Shown here: positions 1 to 14,271 of the stretch, piece by piece
Position numbering within the stretch: position 1 is the stretch's first letter
Layout: each line of letters starts with the position of its first letter
Assembly: GCA_032718475.1 (NCBI GenBank)
Contig: JAUCBJ010005407.1
Span: 1-64,000 of the forward strand
Length of the DNA: 64,000 bases
From: Nemertoderma westbladi
Taxonomy: Eukaryota > Animalia > Xenacoelomorpha
Reading direction: 5' to 3'
Translations under genes and position numbers: made by a program
The notes under the pieces: generated by a model
Database searches by the model: none
What the model was told of the DNA's origin: nothing
What the model saw: the letters and a program-made list of their open reading frames with translations, nothing else

Positions 1-65
1 CAGCGCCTGGGGGGGAACTGGCCAGCAAAGGCAAACGTATCAGTTATCCCACAAAAGCTTTTACA

Positions 66-3000
66 AAATAGGTTACATTAACACCGGCCAGGAGTCACTT
101 TATAAATAAAATAGGTTACATTAACACCGGCCAGGAGTCACTTTATAAATAAAATAGGTTACATTAACACCGGCCAGGAGTCACTTTATAAATAAAATAG
201 GTTACATAACACCGGCCAGGAGTCAGTTTATAAATAAAATAGGTTACATTAACACCGGCCAGGAGTCACTTTATAAATAAAATAGGTACATTAACACCGG
301 CCAGGAGTCACTTTATAAATAAAATAGGTTACATAACACCGGCCAGGAGTCACTTTATAAATAAAATAGGTTACATTAACACCGGCCAGGAGTCACTTTA
401 TAAATAAAATAGGTTACATAACACCGGCCAGGAGTCACTTTATAAATAAAATAGGTTACATAACACCGGCCAGGAGTCACTTTATAAATAAAATAGGTTA
501 CATTAACACCGGCCAGGAGTCACTTTATAAATAAAATAGGTTACATTAACACCGGCCAGGAGTCACTTTATAAATAAAATACGTTACATTAACACCGGCC
601 AGGAGTCACTTTATAAATAAAATAGGTTACATTAACACCGGCCAGGAGTCACTTTATAAATAAAATAGGTTACATTAACACCGGCCAGGAGTCACTTTAT
701 AAATAAAATAGGTTACATTAACACCGGCCAGGAGTCACTTTATAAATAAAATAGGTTACATTAACACCGGCCAGGAGTCACTTTATAAATAAAATAGGTT
801 ACATTAACACCGGCCAGGAGTCACTTTATAAATAAAATAGGTTACATTAACACCGGCCAGGAGTCACTTTATAAATAAAATAGGTTACATTAACACCGGT
901 CAGGAGTCACTTTATAAATAAAATACGTTACATTAACACCGGCCAGGAGTCACTTTATAAATAAAATAGGTTACATAACACCGGCCAGGAGTCACTTTAT
1001 AAATAAAATAGGTTACATAACACCGGCCAGGAGTCACTTTATAAATAAAATAGGTTACATTAACACCGGCCAGGAGTCACTTTATAAATAAAATAGGTTA
1101 CATTAACACCGGCCAGGAGTCACTTTATAAATAAAATAGGTTACATTAACACCGGCCAGGAGTCACTTTATAAATAAAATAGGTTACATAACACCGGCCA
1201 GGAGTCACTTTATAAATAAAATAGGTTACATTAACACCGGCCAGGAGTCACTTTATAAATAAAATAGGTTACATAACACCGGCCAGGAGTCACTTTATAA
1301 ATAAAATAGGTTACATAACACCGGCCAGGAGTCACTTTATAAATAAAATAGGTTACATTAACACCGGCCAGGAGTCACTTTATAAATAAAATAGGTTACA
1401 TTAACACCGGCCAGGAGTCACTTTATAAATAAAATACGTTACATTAACACCGGCCAGGAGTCACTTTATAAATAAAATAGGTTACATTAACACCGGCCAG
1501 GAGTCACTTTATAAATAAAATAGGTTACATTAACACCGACCAGGAGTCACTTTATAAATAAAATACATTACATTAACACCGGCCAGGAGTCACTTTATAA
1601 ATAAAATACGTTACATTAACACCGGCCAGGAGTCACTTTATAATTAAAATAGGTTACATTAACACCGGCCAGGAGTCACTTTATAAATAAAATAGATTAA
1701 CATTAACACCGGCCAGGAGTCACTTTATAAATAAAATAGGTTACATTAACACCGGCCAGGAGTCACTTTATAAATAAAATACGTTACATTAACACCGGCC
1801 AGGAGTCACTTTATAAATAAAATAGGTTACATTAACACCGGCCAGGAGTCACTTTATAAATAAAATACGTTACATTAACACCGGCCAGGAGTCACTTTAT
1901 AAATAAAATAGGTTACATTAACACCGGCCAGGAGTCACTTTATAAATAAAATAGGTTACATTAACACCGGCCAGGAGTCACTTTATAAATAAAATAGGTT
2001 ACATTAACACCGACCAGGAGTCACTTTATAAATAAAATAGGTTACATAACACCGGCCAGGAGTCACTTTATAAATAAAATAGGTTACATTAATACCGGCC
2101 AGGAGTCACTTTATAAATAAAATAAGTTACATTAACACCGGCCAGGAGTCACTTTATAAATAAAATAGGTTACATTAACACCGGCCAGGAGTCACTTTAT
2201 AAATAAAATAGGTTACATTAATACCGGCCAGGAGTCACTTTATAAATAAAATAAGTTACATTAACACCGGCCAGGAGTCACTTTATAAATAAAATAGGTT
2301 ACATTAACACCGGCCAGGAGTCACTTTATAAATAAAATAGGTTACATTAACACCGACCAGGAGTCACTTTATAAATAAAATACATTACATTAACACCGGC
2401 CAGGAGTCACTTTATAAATAAAATACGTTACATTAACACCGGCCAGGAGTCACTTTATAAATAAAATACGTTACATTAACACCGGCCAGGAGTCACTTTA
2501 TAATTAAAATAGGTTACATTAACACCGGCCAGGAGTCACTTTATAAATAAAATAGATTAACATTAACACCGGCCAGGAGTCACTTTATAAATAAAATAGG
2601 TTACATTAACACCGGCCAGGAGTCACTTTATAAATAAAATACGTTACATTAACACCGGCCAGGAGTCACTTTATAAATAAAATAGGTTACATTAACACCG
2701 GCCAGGAGTCACTTTATAAATAAAATACGTTACATTAACACCGGCCAGGAGTCACTTTATAAATAAAATAGGTTACATTAACACCGGCCAGGAGTCACTT
2801 TATAAATAAAATAGGTTACATTAACACCGGCCAGGAGTCACTTTATAAATAAAATAGGTTACATTAACACCGGCCAGGAGTCACTTTATAAATAAAATAG
2901 GTTACATTAACACCGGCCAGGAGTCACTTTATAAATAAAATAGGTTACATTAACACCGGCCAGGAGTCACTTTATAAATAAAATACGTTACATTAACACC

Positions 3001-6000
3001 GGCCAGGAGTCACTTTATAAATAAAATAGGTTACATTAACACCGGCCAGGAGTCACTTTATAAATAAAATAGGTTACATTAACACCGGCCAGGAGTCACT
3101 TTATAAATAAAATAGGTTACATTAACACCGGCCAGGAGTCACTTTATAAATAAAATAGGTTACATTAACACCGGCCAGGAGTCACTTTATAAATAAAATA
3201 GGTTACATTAATACCGGCCAGGAGTCACTTTATAAATAAAATACGTTACATTAACACCGGCCAGGAGTCACTTTATAAATAAAATAGGTTACATTAACAC
3301 CGGCCAGGAGTCACTTTATAAATAAAATAGGTTACATTAACACCGGCCAGGAGTCACTTTATAAATAAAATAGGTTACATTAACACCGGCCAGGAGTCAC
3401 TTTATAAATAAAATAGGTTACATTAACACCGGCCAGGAGTCACTTTATAAATAAAATAGGTTACATTAATACCGGCCAGGAGTCACTTTATAAATAAAAT
3501 AAGTTACATTAACACCGGCCAGGAGTCACTTTATAAATAAAATAGGTTACATTAACACCGGCCAGGAGTCACTTTATAAATAAAATAGGTTACATTAACA
3601 CCGGCCAGGAGTCACTTTATAAATAAAATAGGTTACATTAATACCGGCCAGGAGTCACTTTATAAATAAAATAAGTTACATTAACACCGGCCAGGAGTCA
3701 CTTTATAAATAAAATAGGTTACATTAACACCGGCCAGGAGTCACTTTATAAATAAAATAGGTTACATTAACACCGACCAGGAGTCACTTTATAAATAAAA
3801 TACATTACATTAACACCGGCCAGGAGTCACTTTATAAATAAAATACGTTACATTAACACCGGCCAGGAGTCACTTTATAAATAAAATACGTTACATTAAC
3901 ACCGGCCAGGAGTCACTTTATAATTAAAATAGGTTACATTAACACCGGCCAGGAGTCACTTTATAAATAAAATAGATTAACATTAACACCGGCCAGGAGT
4001 CACTTTATAAATAAAATAGGTTACATTAACACCGGCCAGGAGTCACTTTATAAATAAAATACGTTACATTAACACCGGCCAGGAGTCACTTTATAAATAA
4101 AATAGGTTACATTAACACCGGCCAGGAGTCACTTTATAAATAAAATACGTTACATTAACACCGGCCAGGAGTCACTTTATAAATAAAATAGGTTACATTA
4201 ACACCGGCCAGGAGTCACTTTATAAATAAAATAGGTTACATTAACACCGGCCAGGAGTCACTTTATAAATAAAATACGTTACATTAACACCGGCCAGGAG
4301 TCACTTTATAAATAAAATAGGTTACATTAACACCGGCCAGGAGTCACTTTATAAATAAAATAGGTTACATTAATACCGGCCAGGAGTCACTTTATAAATA
4401 AAATAAGTTACATAACACCGGCCAGGAGTCACTTTATAAATAAAATAGGTTACATTAATACCGGCCAGGAGTCACTTTATAAATAAAATAAGTTACATTA
4501 ACACCGGCCAGGAGTCACTTTATAAATAAAATAGGTTACATTAACACCGGCCAGGAGTCACTTTATAAATAAAATAGGTTACATTAACACCGGCCAGGAG
4601 TCACTTTATAAATAAAATAGGTTACATTAATACCGGCCAGGAGTCACTTTATAAATAAAATAAGTTACATTAACACCGGCCAGGAGTCACTTTATAAATA
4701 AAATAGGTTACATTAACACCGGCCAGGAGTCACTTTATAAATAAAATAGGTTACATTAACAGCGACCAGGAGTCACTTTATAAATAAAATACATTACATT
4801 AACACCGGCCAGGAGTCACTTTATAAATAAAATACGTTACATTAACACCGGCCAGGAGTCACTTTATAAATAAAATACGTTACATTAACACCGGCCAGGA
4901 GTCACTTTATAATTAAAATAGGTTACATTAACACCGGCCAGGAGTCACTTTATAAATAAAATAGATTAACATTAACACCGGCCAGGAGTCACTTTATAAA
5001 TAAAATAGGTTACATTAACACCGGCCAGGAGTCACTTTATAAATAAAATACGTTACATTAACACCGGCCAGGAGTCACTTTATAAATAAAATAGGTTACA
5101 TTAACACCGGCCAGGAGTCACTTTATAAATAAAATACGTTACATTAACACCGGCCAGGAGTCACTTTATAAATAAAATAGGTTACATTAACACCGGCCAG
5201 GAGTCACTTTATAAATAAAATAGGTTACATTAACACCGGCCAGGAGTCACTTTATAAATAAAATACGTTACATTAATACCGGCCAGGAGTCACTTTATAA
5301 ATAAAATAAGTTACATTAACACCGGCCAGGAGTCACTTTATAAATAAAATAGGTTACATAACACCGGCCAGGAGTCACTTTATAAATAAAATAGGTTACA
5401 TTAACAGCGACCAGGAGTCACTTTATAAATAAAATACATTACATTAACACCGGCCAGGAGTCACTTTATAAATAAAATACGTTACATTAACACCGGCCAG
5501 GAGTCACTTTATAAATAAAATAGGTTACATTAACACCGGCCAGGAGTCACTTTATAAATAAAATAGGTTACATTAACACCGGCCAGGAGTCACTTTATAA
5601 ATAAAATAGGTTACATTAATACCGGCCAGGAGTCACTTTATAAATAAAATACGTTACATTAACACCGGCCAGGAGTCACTTTATAAATAAAATAGGTTAC
5701 ATTAACACCGGCCAGGAGTCACTTTATAAATAAAATAGGTTACATTAACACCGGCCAGGAGTCACTTTATAAATAAAATAGGTTACATTAACACCGGCCA
5801 GGAGTCACTTTATAAATAAAATAGGTTACATAACACCGGCCAGGAGTCACTTTATAAATAAAATAGGTTACATTAACACCGGCCAGGAGTCACTTTATAA
5901 ATAAAATAGGTTACATTAACAGCGACCAGGAGTCACTTTATAAATAAAATACATTACATTAACACCGGCCAGGAGTCACTTTATAAATAAAATACGTTAC

Positions 6001-9000
6001 ATTAACACCGGCCAGGAGTCACTTTATAAATAAAATACGTTACATTAACACCGGCCAGGAGTCACTTTATAATTAAAATAGGTTACATTAACACCGGCCA
6101 GGAGTCACTTTATAAATAAAATAGATTACATTAACACCGGCCAGGAGTCACTTTATAAATAAAATAGGTTACATTAACACCGGCCAGGAGTCACTTTATA
6201 AATAAAATACGTTACATTAACACCGGCCAGGAGTCACTTTATAAATAAAATAGGTTACATTAACACCGGCCAGGAGTCACTTTATAAATAAAATACGTTA
6301 CATTAACACCGGCCAGGAGTCACTTTATAAATAAAATAGGTTACATTAACACCGGCCAGGAGTCACTTTATAAATAAAATAGGTTACATTAACACCGGCC
6401 AGGAGTCACTTTATAAATAAAATACGTTACATTAACACCGGCCAGGAGTCACTTTATAAATAAAATAGGTTACATTAACACCGGCCAGGAGTCACTTTAT
6501 AAATAAAATACGTTACATTAACACCGGCCAGGAGTCACTTTATAAATAAAATAGGTTACATTAACACCGGCCAGGAGTCACTTTATAAATAAAATAGGTT
6601 ACATTAACACCGGCCAGGAGTCACTTTATAAATAAAATAGGTTACATTAACACCGGCCAGGAGTCACTTTATAAATAAAATAGGTTACATTAACACCGGC
6701 CAGGAGTCACTTTATAAATAAAATACGTTACATTAACACCGGCCAGGAGTCACTTTATAAATAAAATAGGTTACATTAACACCGGCCAGGAGTCACTTTA
6801 TAAATAAAATAGGTTACATTAACACCGGCCAGGAGTCACTTTATAAATAAAATAGGTTACATTAACACCGGCCAGGAGTCACTTTATAAATAAAATAGGT
6901 TACATTAACACCGGCCAGGAGTCACTTTATAAATAAAATAGGTTACATTAACACCGGCCAGGAGTCACTTTATAAATAAAATACGTTACATTAACACCGG
7001 CCAGGAGTCACTTTATAAATAAAATAGGTTACATTAACACCGGCCAGGAGTCACTTTATAAATAAAATAGGTTACATTAACACCGGCCAGGAGTCACTTT
7101 ATAAATAAAATAGGTTACATTAACACCGGCCAGGAGTCACTTTATAAATAAAATAGGTTACATTAACACCGGCCAGGAGTCACTTTATAAATAAAATAGG
7201 TTACATTAACACCGGCCAGGAGTCACTTTATAAATAAAATAGGTTACATTAACACCGGCCAGGAGTCACTTTATAAATAAAATAGGTTACATTAACACCG
7301 GCCAGGAGTCACTTTATAAATAAAATAGGTTACATTAACACCGGCCAGGAGTCACTTTATAAATAAAATACGTTACATTAACACCGGCCAGGAGTCACTT
7401 TATAAATAAAATAGGTTACATTAACACCGGCCAGGAGTCACTTTATAAATAAAATACGTTACATTAACACCGGCCAGGAGTCACTTTATAAATAAAATAG
7501 GTTACATTAACACCGGCCAGGAGTCACTTTATAAATAAAATAGGTTACATTAACACCGGCCAGGAGTCACTTTATAAATAAAATAGGTTACATTAACACC
7601 GGCCAGGAGTCACTTTATAAATAAAATACGTTACATTAACACCGGCCAGGAGTCACTTTATAAATAAAATAGGTTACATTAACACCGGCCAGGAGTCACT
7701 TTATAAATAAAATACGTTACATTAACACCGGCCAGGAGTCACTTTATAAATAAAATAGGTTACATTAACACCGGCCAGGAGTCACTTTATAAATAAAATA
7801 GGTTACATTAACACCGGCCAGGAGTCACTTTATAAATAAAATACGTTACATTAACACCGGCCAGGAGTCACTTTATAAATAAAATAGGTTACATTAACAC
7901 CGGCCAGGAGTCACTTTATAAATAAAATAGGTTACATAACACCGGCCAGGAGTCACTTTATAAATAAAATAGGTTACATTAACACCGGCCAGGAGTCACT
8001 TTATAAATAAAATAGGTTACATTAACACCGGCCAGGAGTCACTTTATAAATAAAATAGGTTACATTAACACCGGCCAGGAGTCACTTTATAAATAAAATA
8101 CGTTACATTAACACCGGCCAGGAGTCACTTTATAAATAAAATAGGTTACATTAACACCGGCCAGGAGTCACTTTATAAATAAAATAGGTTACATTAACAC
8201 CGGCCAGGAGTCACTTTATAAATAAAATAGGTTACATTAACACCGGCCAGGAGTCACTTTATAAATAAAATAGGTTACATTAACACCGGCCAGGAGTCAC
8301 TTTATAAATAAAATAGGTTACATTAACACCGGCCAGGAGTCACTTTATAAATAAAATAGGTTACATTAACACCGGCCAGGAGTCACTTTATAAATAAAAT
8401 AGGTTACATTAACACCGGCCAGGAGTCACTTTATAAATAAAATAGGTTACATTAACACCGGCCAGGAGTCACTTTATAAATAAAATAGGTTACATTAACA
8501 CCGGCCAGGAGTCACTTTATAAATAAAATAGGTTACATTAACACCGGCCAGGAGTCACTTTATAAATAAAATACGTTACATTAACACCGGCCAGGAGTCA
8601 CTTTATAAATAAAATAGGTTACATTAACTACCGGCCAGGAGTCACTTTATAAATAAAATAGGTTACATTAACACCGGCCAGGAGTCACTTTATAAATAAA
8701 ATACGTTACATTAACACCGGCCAGGAGTCACTTTATAAATAAAATAGGTACATTAACTCCGGCCAGGAGTCACTTTATAAATAAAATAAGTACATTAACT
8801 CCGGCCAGGAGTCACTTTATAAATAAAATAGGTTACATTAACACCGGCCAGGAGTCACTTTATAAATAAAATAGGTTACATTAACACCGGCCAGGAGTCA
8901 CTTTATAAATAAAATAGGTTACATTAACACCGGCCAGGAGTCACTTTATAAATAAAATAGGTTACATTAACACCGGCCAGGAGTCACTTTATAAATAAAA

Positions 9001-12000
9001 TAGGTTACATTAACACCGGCCAGGAGTCACTTTATAAATAAAATACGTTACATTAACACCGGCCAGGAGTCACTTTATAAATAAAATAGGTTACATTAAC
9101 ACCGGCCAGGAGTCACTTTATAAATAAAATAGGTTACATTAACACCGGCCAGGAGTCACTTTATAAATAAAATAGGTTACATTAACACCGGCCAGGAGTC
9201 ACTTTATAAATAAAATAGGTTACATTAACACCGGCCAGGAGTCACTTTATAAATAAAATAGGTTACATTAACACCGGCCAGGAGTCACTTTATAAATAAA
9301 ATACGTTACATTAACACCGGCCAGGAGTCACTTTATAAATAAAATACGTTACATTAACACCGGCCAGGAGTCACTTTATAAATAAAATACGTTACATTAA
9401 CACCGGCCAGGAGTCACTTTATAAATAAAATAGGTTACATTAACACCGGCCAGGAGTCACTTTATAAATAAAATAGGTTACATTAACACCGGCCAGGAGT
9501 CACTTTATAAATAAAATAGGTTACATTAACACCGGCCAGGAGTCACTTTATAAATAAAATACGTTACATTAACACCGGCCAGGAGTCACTTTATAAATAA
9601 AATAGGTTACATTAACACCGGCCAGGAGTCACTTTATAAATAAAATAGGTTACATTAACACCGGCCAGGAGTCACTTTATAAATAAAATAGGTTACATTA
9701 ACACCGGCCAGGAGTCACTTTATAAATAAAATAGGTTACATTAACACCGGCCAGGAGTCACTTTATAAATAAAATACGTTACATTAACACCGGCCAGGAG
9801 TCACTTTATAAATAAAATAGGTTACATTAACACCGGCCAGGAGTCACTTTATAAATAAAATACGTTACATTAACACCGGCCAGGAGTCACTTTATAAATA
9901 AAATAGGTTACATTAACACCGGCCAGGAGTCACTTTATAAATAAAATAGGTTACATTAACACCGGCCAGGAGTCACTTTATAAATAAAATAGGTTACATT
10001 AACACCGGCCAGGAGTCACTTTATAAATAAAATAGGTTACATTAACACCGGCCAGGAGTCACTTTATAAATAAAATAGGTTACATTAACACCGGCCAGGA
10101 GTCACTTTATAAATAAAATAGGTTACATTAACACCGGCCAGGAGTCACTTTATAAATAAAATAGGTTACATTAACACCGGCCAGGAGTCACTTTATAAAT
10201 AAAATACGTACATTAACTCCGGCCAGGAGTCACTTTATAAATAAAATAGGTTACATTAACACCGGCCAGGAGTCACTTTATAAATAAAATAGGTTACATT
10301 AACACCGGCCAGGAGTCACTTTATAAATAAAATAGGTTACATTAACACCGGCCAGGAGTCACTTTATAAATAAAATAGGTTACATTAACACCGGCCAGGA
10401 GTCACTTTATAAATAAAATAGGTTACATTAACACCGGCCAGGAGTCACTTTATAAATAAAATAGGTTACATTAACACCGGCCAGGAGTCACTTTATAAAT
10501 AAAATAGGTTACATTAACACCGGCCAGGAGTCACTTTATAAATAAAATAGGTTACATTAACACCGGCCAGGAGTCACTTTATAAATAAAATAGGTTACAT
10601 TAACACCGGCCAGGAGTCACTTTATAAATAAAATAGGTTACATTAACACCGGCCAGGAGTCACTTTATAAATAAAATAGGTTACATTAACACCGGCCAGG
10701 AGTCACTTTATAAATAAAATAGGTTACATTAACACCGGCCAGGAGTCACTTTATAAATAAAATAGGTTACATTAACACCGGCCAGGAGTCACTTTATAAA
10801 TAAAATAGGTTACATTAACACCGGCCAGGAGTCACTTTATAAATAAAATAGGTTACATTAACACCGGCCAGGAGTCACTTTATAAATAAAATAGGTTACA
10901 TTAACACCGGCCAGGAGTCACTTTATAAATAAAATAGGTTACATTAACACCGGCCAGGAGTCACTTTATAAATAAAATAGGTTACATTAACACCGGCCAG
11001 GAGTCACTTTATAAATAAAATAGGTTACATTAACACCGGCCAGGAGTCACTTTATAAATAAAATAGGTTACATTAACACCGGCCAGGAGTCACTTTATAA
11101 ATAAAATAGGTTACATTAACACCGGCCAGGAGTCACTTTATAAATAAAATAGGTTACATTAACACCGGCCAGGAGTCACTTTATAAATAAAATACGTTAC
11201 ATTAACACCGGCCAGGAGTCACTTTATAAATAAAATACGTACATTAACACCGGCCAGGAGTCACTTTATAAATAAAATAGGTTACATTAACACCGGCCAG
11301 GAGTCACTTTATAAATAAAATACGTTACATTAACACCGGCCAGGAGTCACTTTATAAATAAAATAGGTTACATTAACACCGGCCAGGAGTCACTTTATAA
11401 ATAAAATAGGTTACATTAACACCGGCCAGGAGTCACTTTATAAATAAAATAGGTTACATTAACACCGGCCAGGAGTCACTTTATAAATAAAATAGGTTAC
11501 ATTAACACCGGCCAGGAGTCACTTTATAAATAAAATACGTTACATTAACACCGGCCAGGAGTCACTTTATAAATAAAATAGGTTACATTAACACCGGCCA
11601 GGAGTCACTTTATAAATAAAATAGGTTACATTAACACCGGCCAGGAGTCACTTTATAAATAAAATAGGTTACATTAACACCGGCCAGGAGTCACTTTATA
11701 AATAAAATAGGTTACATTAACACCGGCCAGGAGTCACTTTATAAATAAAATAGGTTACATTAACACCGGCCAGGAGTCACTTTATAAATAAAATAGGTTA
11801 CATTAACACCGGCCAGGAGTCACTTTATAAATAAAATAGGTTACATTAACACCGGCCAGGAGTCACTTTATAAATAAATTACGTACATTAACACCGGCCA
11901 GGAGTCACTTTATAAATAAAATAGGTTACATTAACACCGGCCAGGAGTCACTTTATAAATAAAATAGGTTACATTAACACCGGCCAGGAGTCACTTTATA

Positions 12001-14147
12001 AATAAAATAGGTTACATTAACACCGGCCAGGAGTCACTTTATAAATAAAATAGGTTACATTAACACCGGCCAGGAGTCACTTTATAAATAAAATAAGTTA
12101 CATTAACACCGGCCAGGAGTCACTTTATAAATAAATTACGTACATTAACTCCGGCCAGGAGTCACTTTATAAATAAAATGCGTTACATTAACACCGGCCA
12201 GGAGTCACTTTATAAATAAAATAGGTTACATTAACACCGGCCAGGAGACACTTTATAAATAAAATAGGTTACATTAACACCGGCCAGGAGTCACTTTATA
12301 AATAAAATAGGTTACATTAACACCGGCCAGGAGTCACTTTATAAATAAAATAGGTTACATTAACACCGGCCAGGAGTCACTTTATAAATAAAATACGTTA
12401 CATTAACACCGGCCAGGAGTCACTTTATAAATAAAATAGGTTACATTAACACCGGCCAGGAGACACTTTATAAATAAAATATGTTACATTAACACCGGCC
12501 AGGAGTCACTTTATAAATAAAATACGTTACATTAACACCGGCCAGGAGTCACTTTATAAATAAAATAGGTTACATTAACACCGGCCAGGAGTCACTTTAT
12601 AAATAAAATAGGTTACATTAACACCGGCCAGGAGTCACTTTATAAATAAAATACGTTACATTAACACCGGCCAGGAGTCACTTTATAAATAAAATAGGTT
12701 ACATTAACACCGGCCAGGAGTCACTTTATAAATAAAATAGGTTACATTAACACCGGCCAGGAGTCACTTTATAAATAAAATACGTTACATTAACACCGGC
12801 CAGGAGTCACTTTATAAATAAAATACGTTACATTAACACCGGCCAGGAGTCACTTTATAAATAAAATACGTTACATTAACACCGGCCAGGAGTCACTTTA
12901 TAAATAAAATACGTTACATTAACACCGGCCAGGAGTCACTTTATAAATAAAATACGTTACATTAACACCGGCCAGGAGTCACTTTATAAATAAAATAGGT
13001 TACATTAACACCGGCCAGGAGTCACTTTATAAATAAAATAGGTTACATTAACACCGGCCAGGAGACACTTTATAAATAAAATAGGTTACATTAACACCGG
13101 CCAGGAGTCACTTTATAAATAAAATAGGTTACATTAACACCGGCCAGGAGTCACTTTATAAATAAAATAGGTTACATTAACACCGGCCAGGAGTCACTTT
13201 ATAAATAAAATACGTTACATTAACACCGGCCAGGAGTCACTTTATAAATAAAATAGGTTACATTAACACCGGCCAGGAGTCACTTTATAAATAAAATAGG
13301 TTACATTAACACCGGCCAGGAGTCACTTTATAAATAAAATAGGTTACATTAACACCGGCCAGGAGTCACTTTATAAATAAAATACGTTACATTAACACCG
13401 GCCAGGAGTCACTTTATAAATAAAATACGTTACATTAACACCGGCCAGGAGTCACTTTATAAATAAAATAGGTTACATTAACACCGGCCAGGAGTCACTT
13501 TATAAATAAAATAGGTTACATTAACACCGGCCAGGAGTCACTTTACAAATAAAATAGGTTACATTAACACCGGCCAGGAGTCACTTTATAAATAAAATAC
13601 GTTACATTAACACCGGCCAGGAGTCACTTTATAAATAAAATACGTTACATTAACACCGGCCAGGAGTCACTTTATAAATAAAATACGTTACATTAACACC
13701 GGCCAGGAGTCACTTTATAAATAAAATAGGTTACATTAACACCGGCCAGGAGTCACTTTATAAATAAAATAGGTTACATTAACACCGGCCAGGAGTCACT
13801 TTATAAATAAAATAGGTTACATTAACACCGGCCAGGAGTCACTTTATAAATAAAATAGGTGACATTAACACCGGCCAGGAGTCACTTTATAAATAAAATA
13901 GGTTACATTAACACCGCCCAGGAGTCACTTTATAAATAAAATAGGTTACATTAACACCGGCCAGGAGTCACTTTATAAATAAAATAGGTTACATTAACAC
14001 CGGCCAGGAGACACTTTATAAATAAAATACGTTACATTAACACCGGCCAGGAGTCACTTTATAAATAAAATACGTTACATTAACACCGGCCAGGAGTCAC
14101 TTTATAAATAAAATAGGTGACATTAACACCGGCCATGAGTCACTTTA
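66..14147. repeat. 43-bp tandem satellite, ~327 copies, consensus AAAATAGGTTACATTAACACCGGCCAGGAGTCACTTTATAAAT
   Basis: Unit read directly and highly homogeneous. Variants include ATAGG/ATACG, ACATTAAC/ACATAAC and CCGAC. Copy number is array length divided by 43. Confidence 0.98.
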
Positions 14148-14271
14148 TTTTTTTTTACCCCACTTGATATTTCACATAATGTTGCCTCTCATTTGTTTAC
14201 TATAACCGCATTTTGATTGTGGAATTGAATGAACCTTATTCGATATTATTACCATAATTATAGTAACATAT

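Noticed and set aside
66-14147. CRISPR array interpretation of the 43-bp (or 41/44-bp) repeats
   Set aside because: The units are head-to-tail with no unique spacers, there are no cas genes, and the context is eukaryotic.
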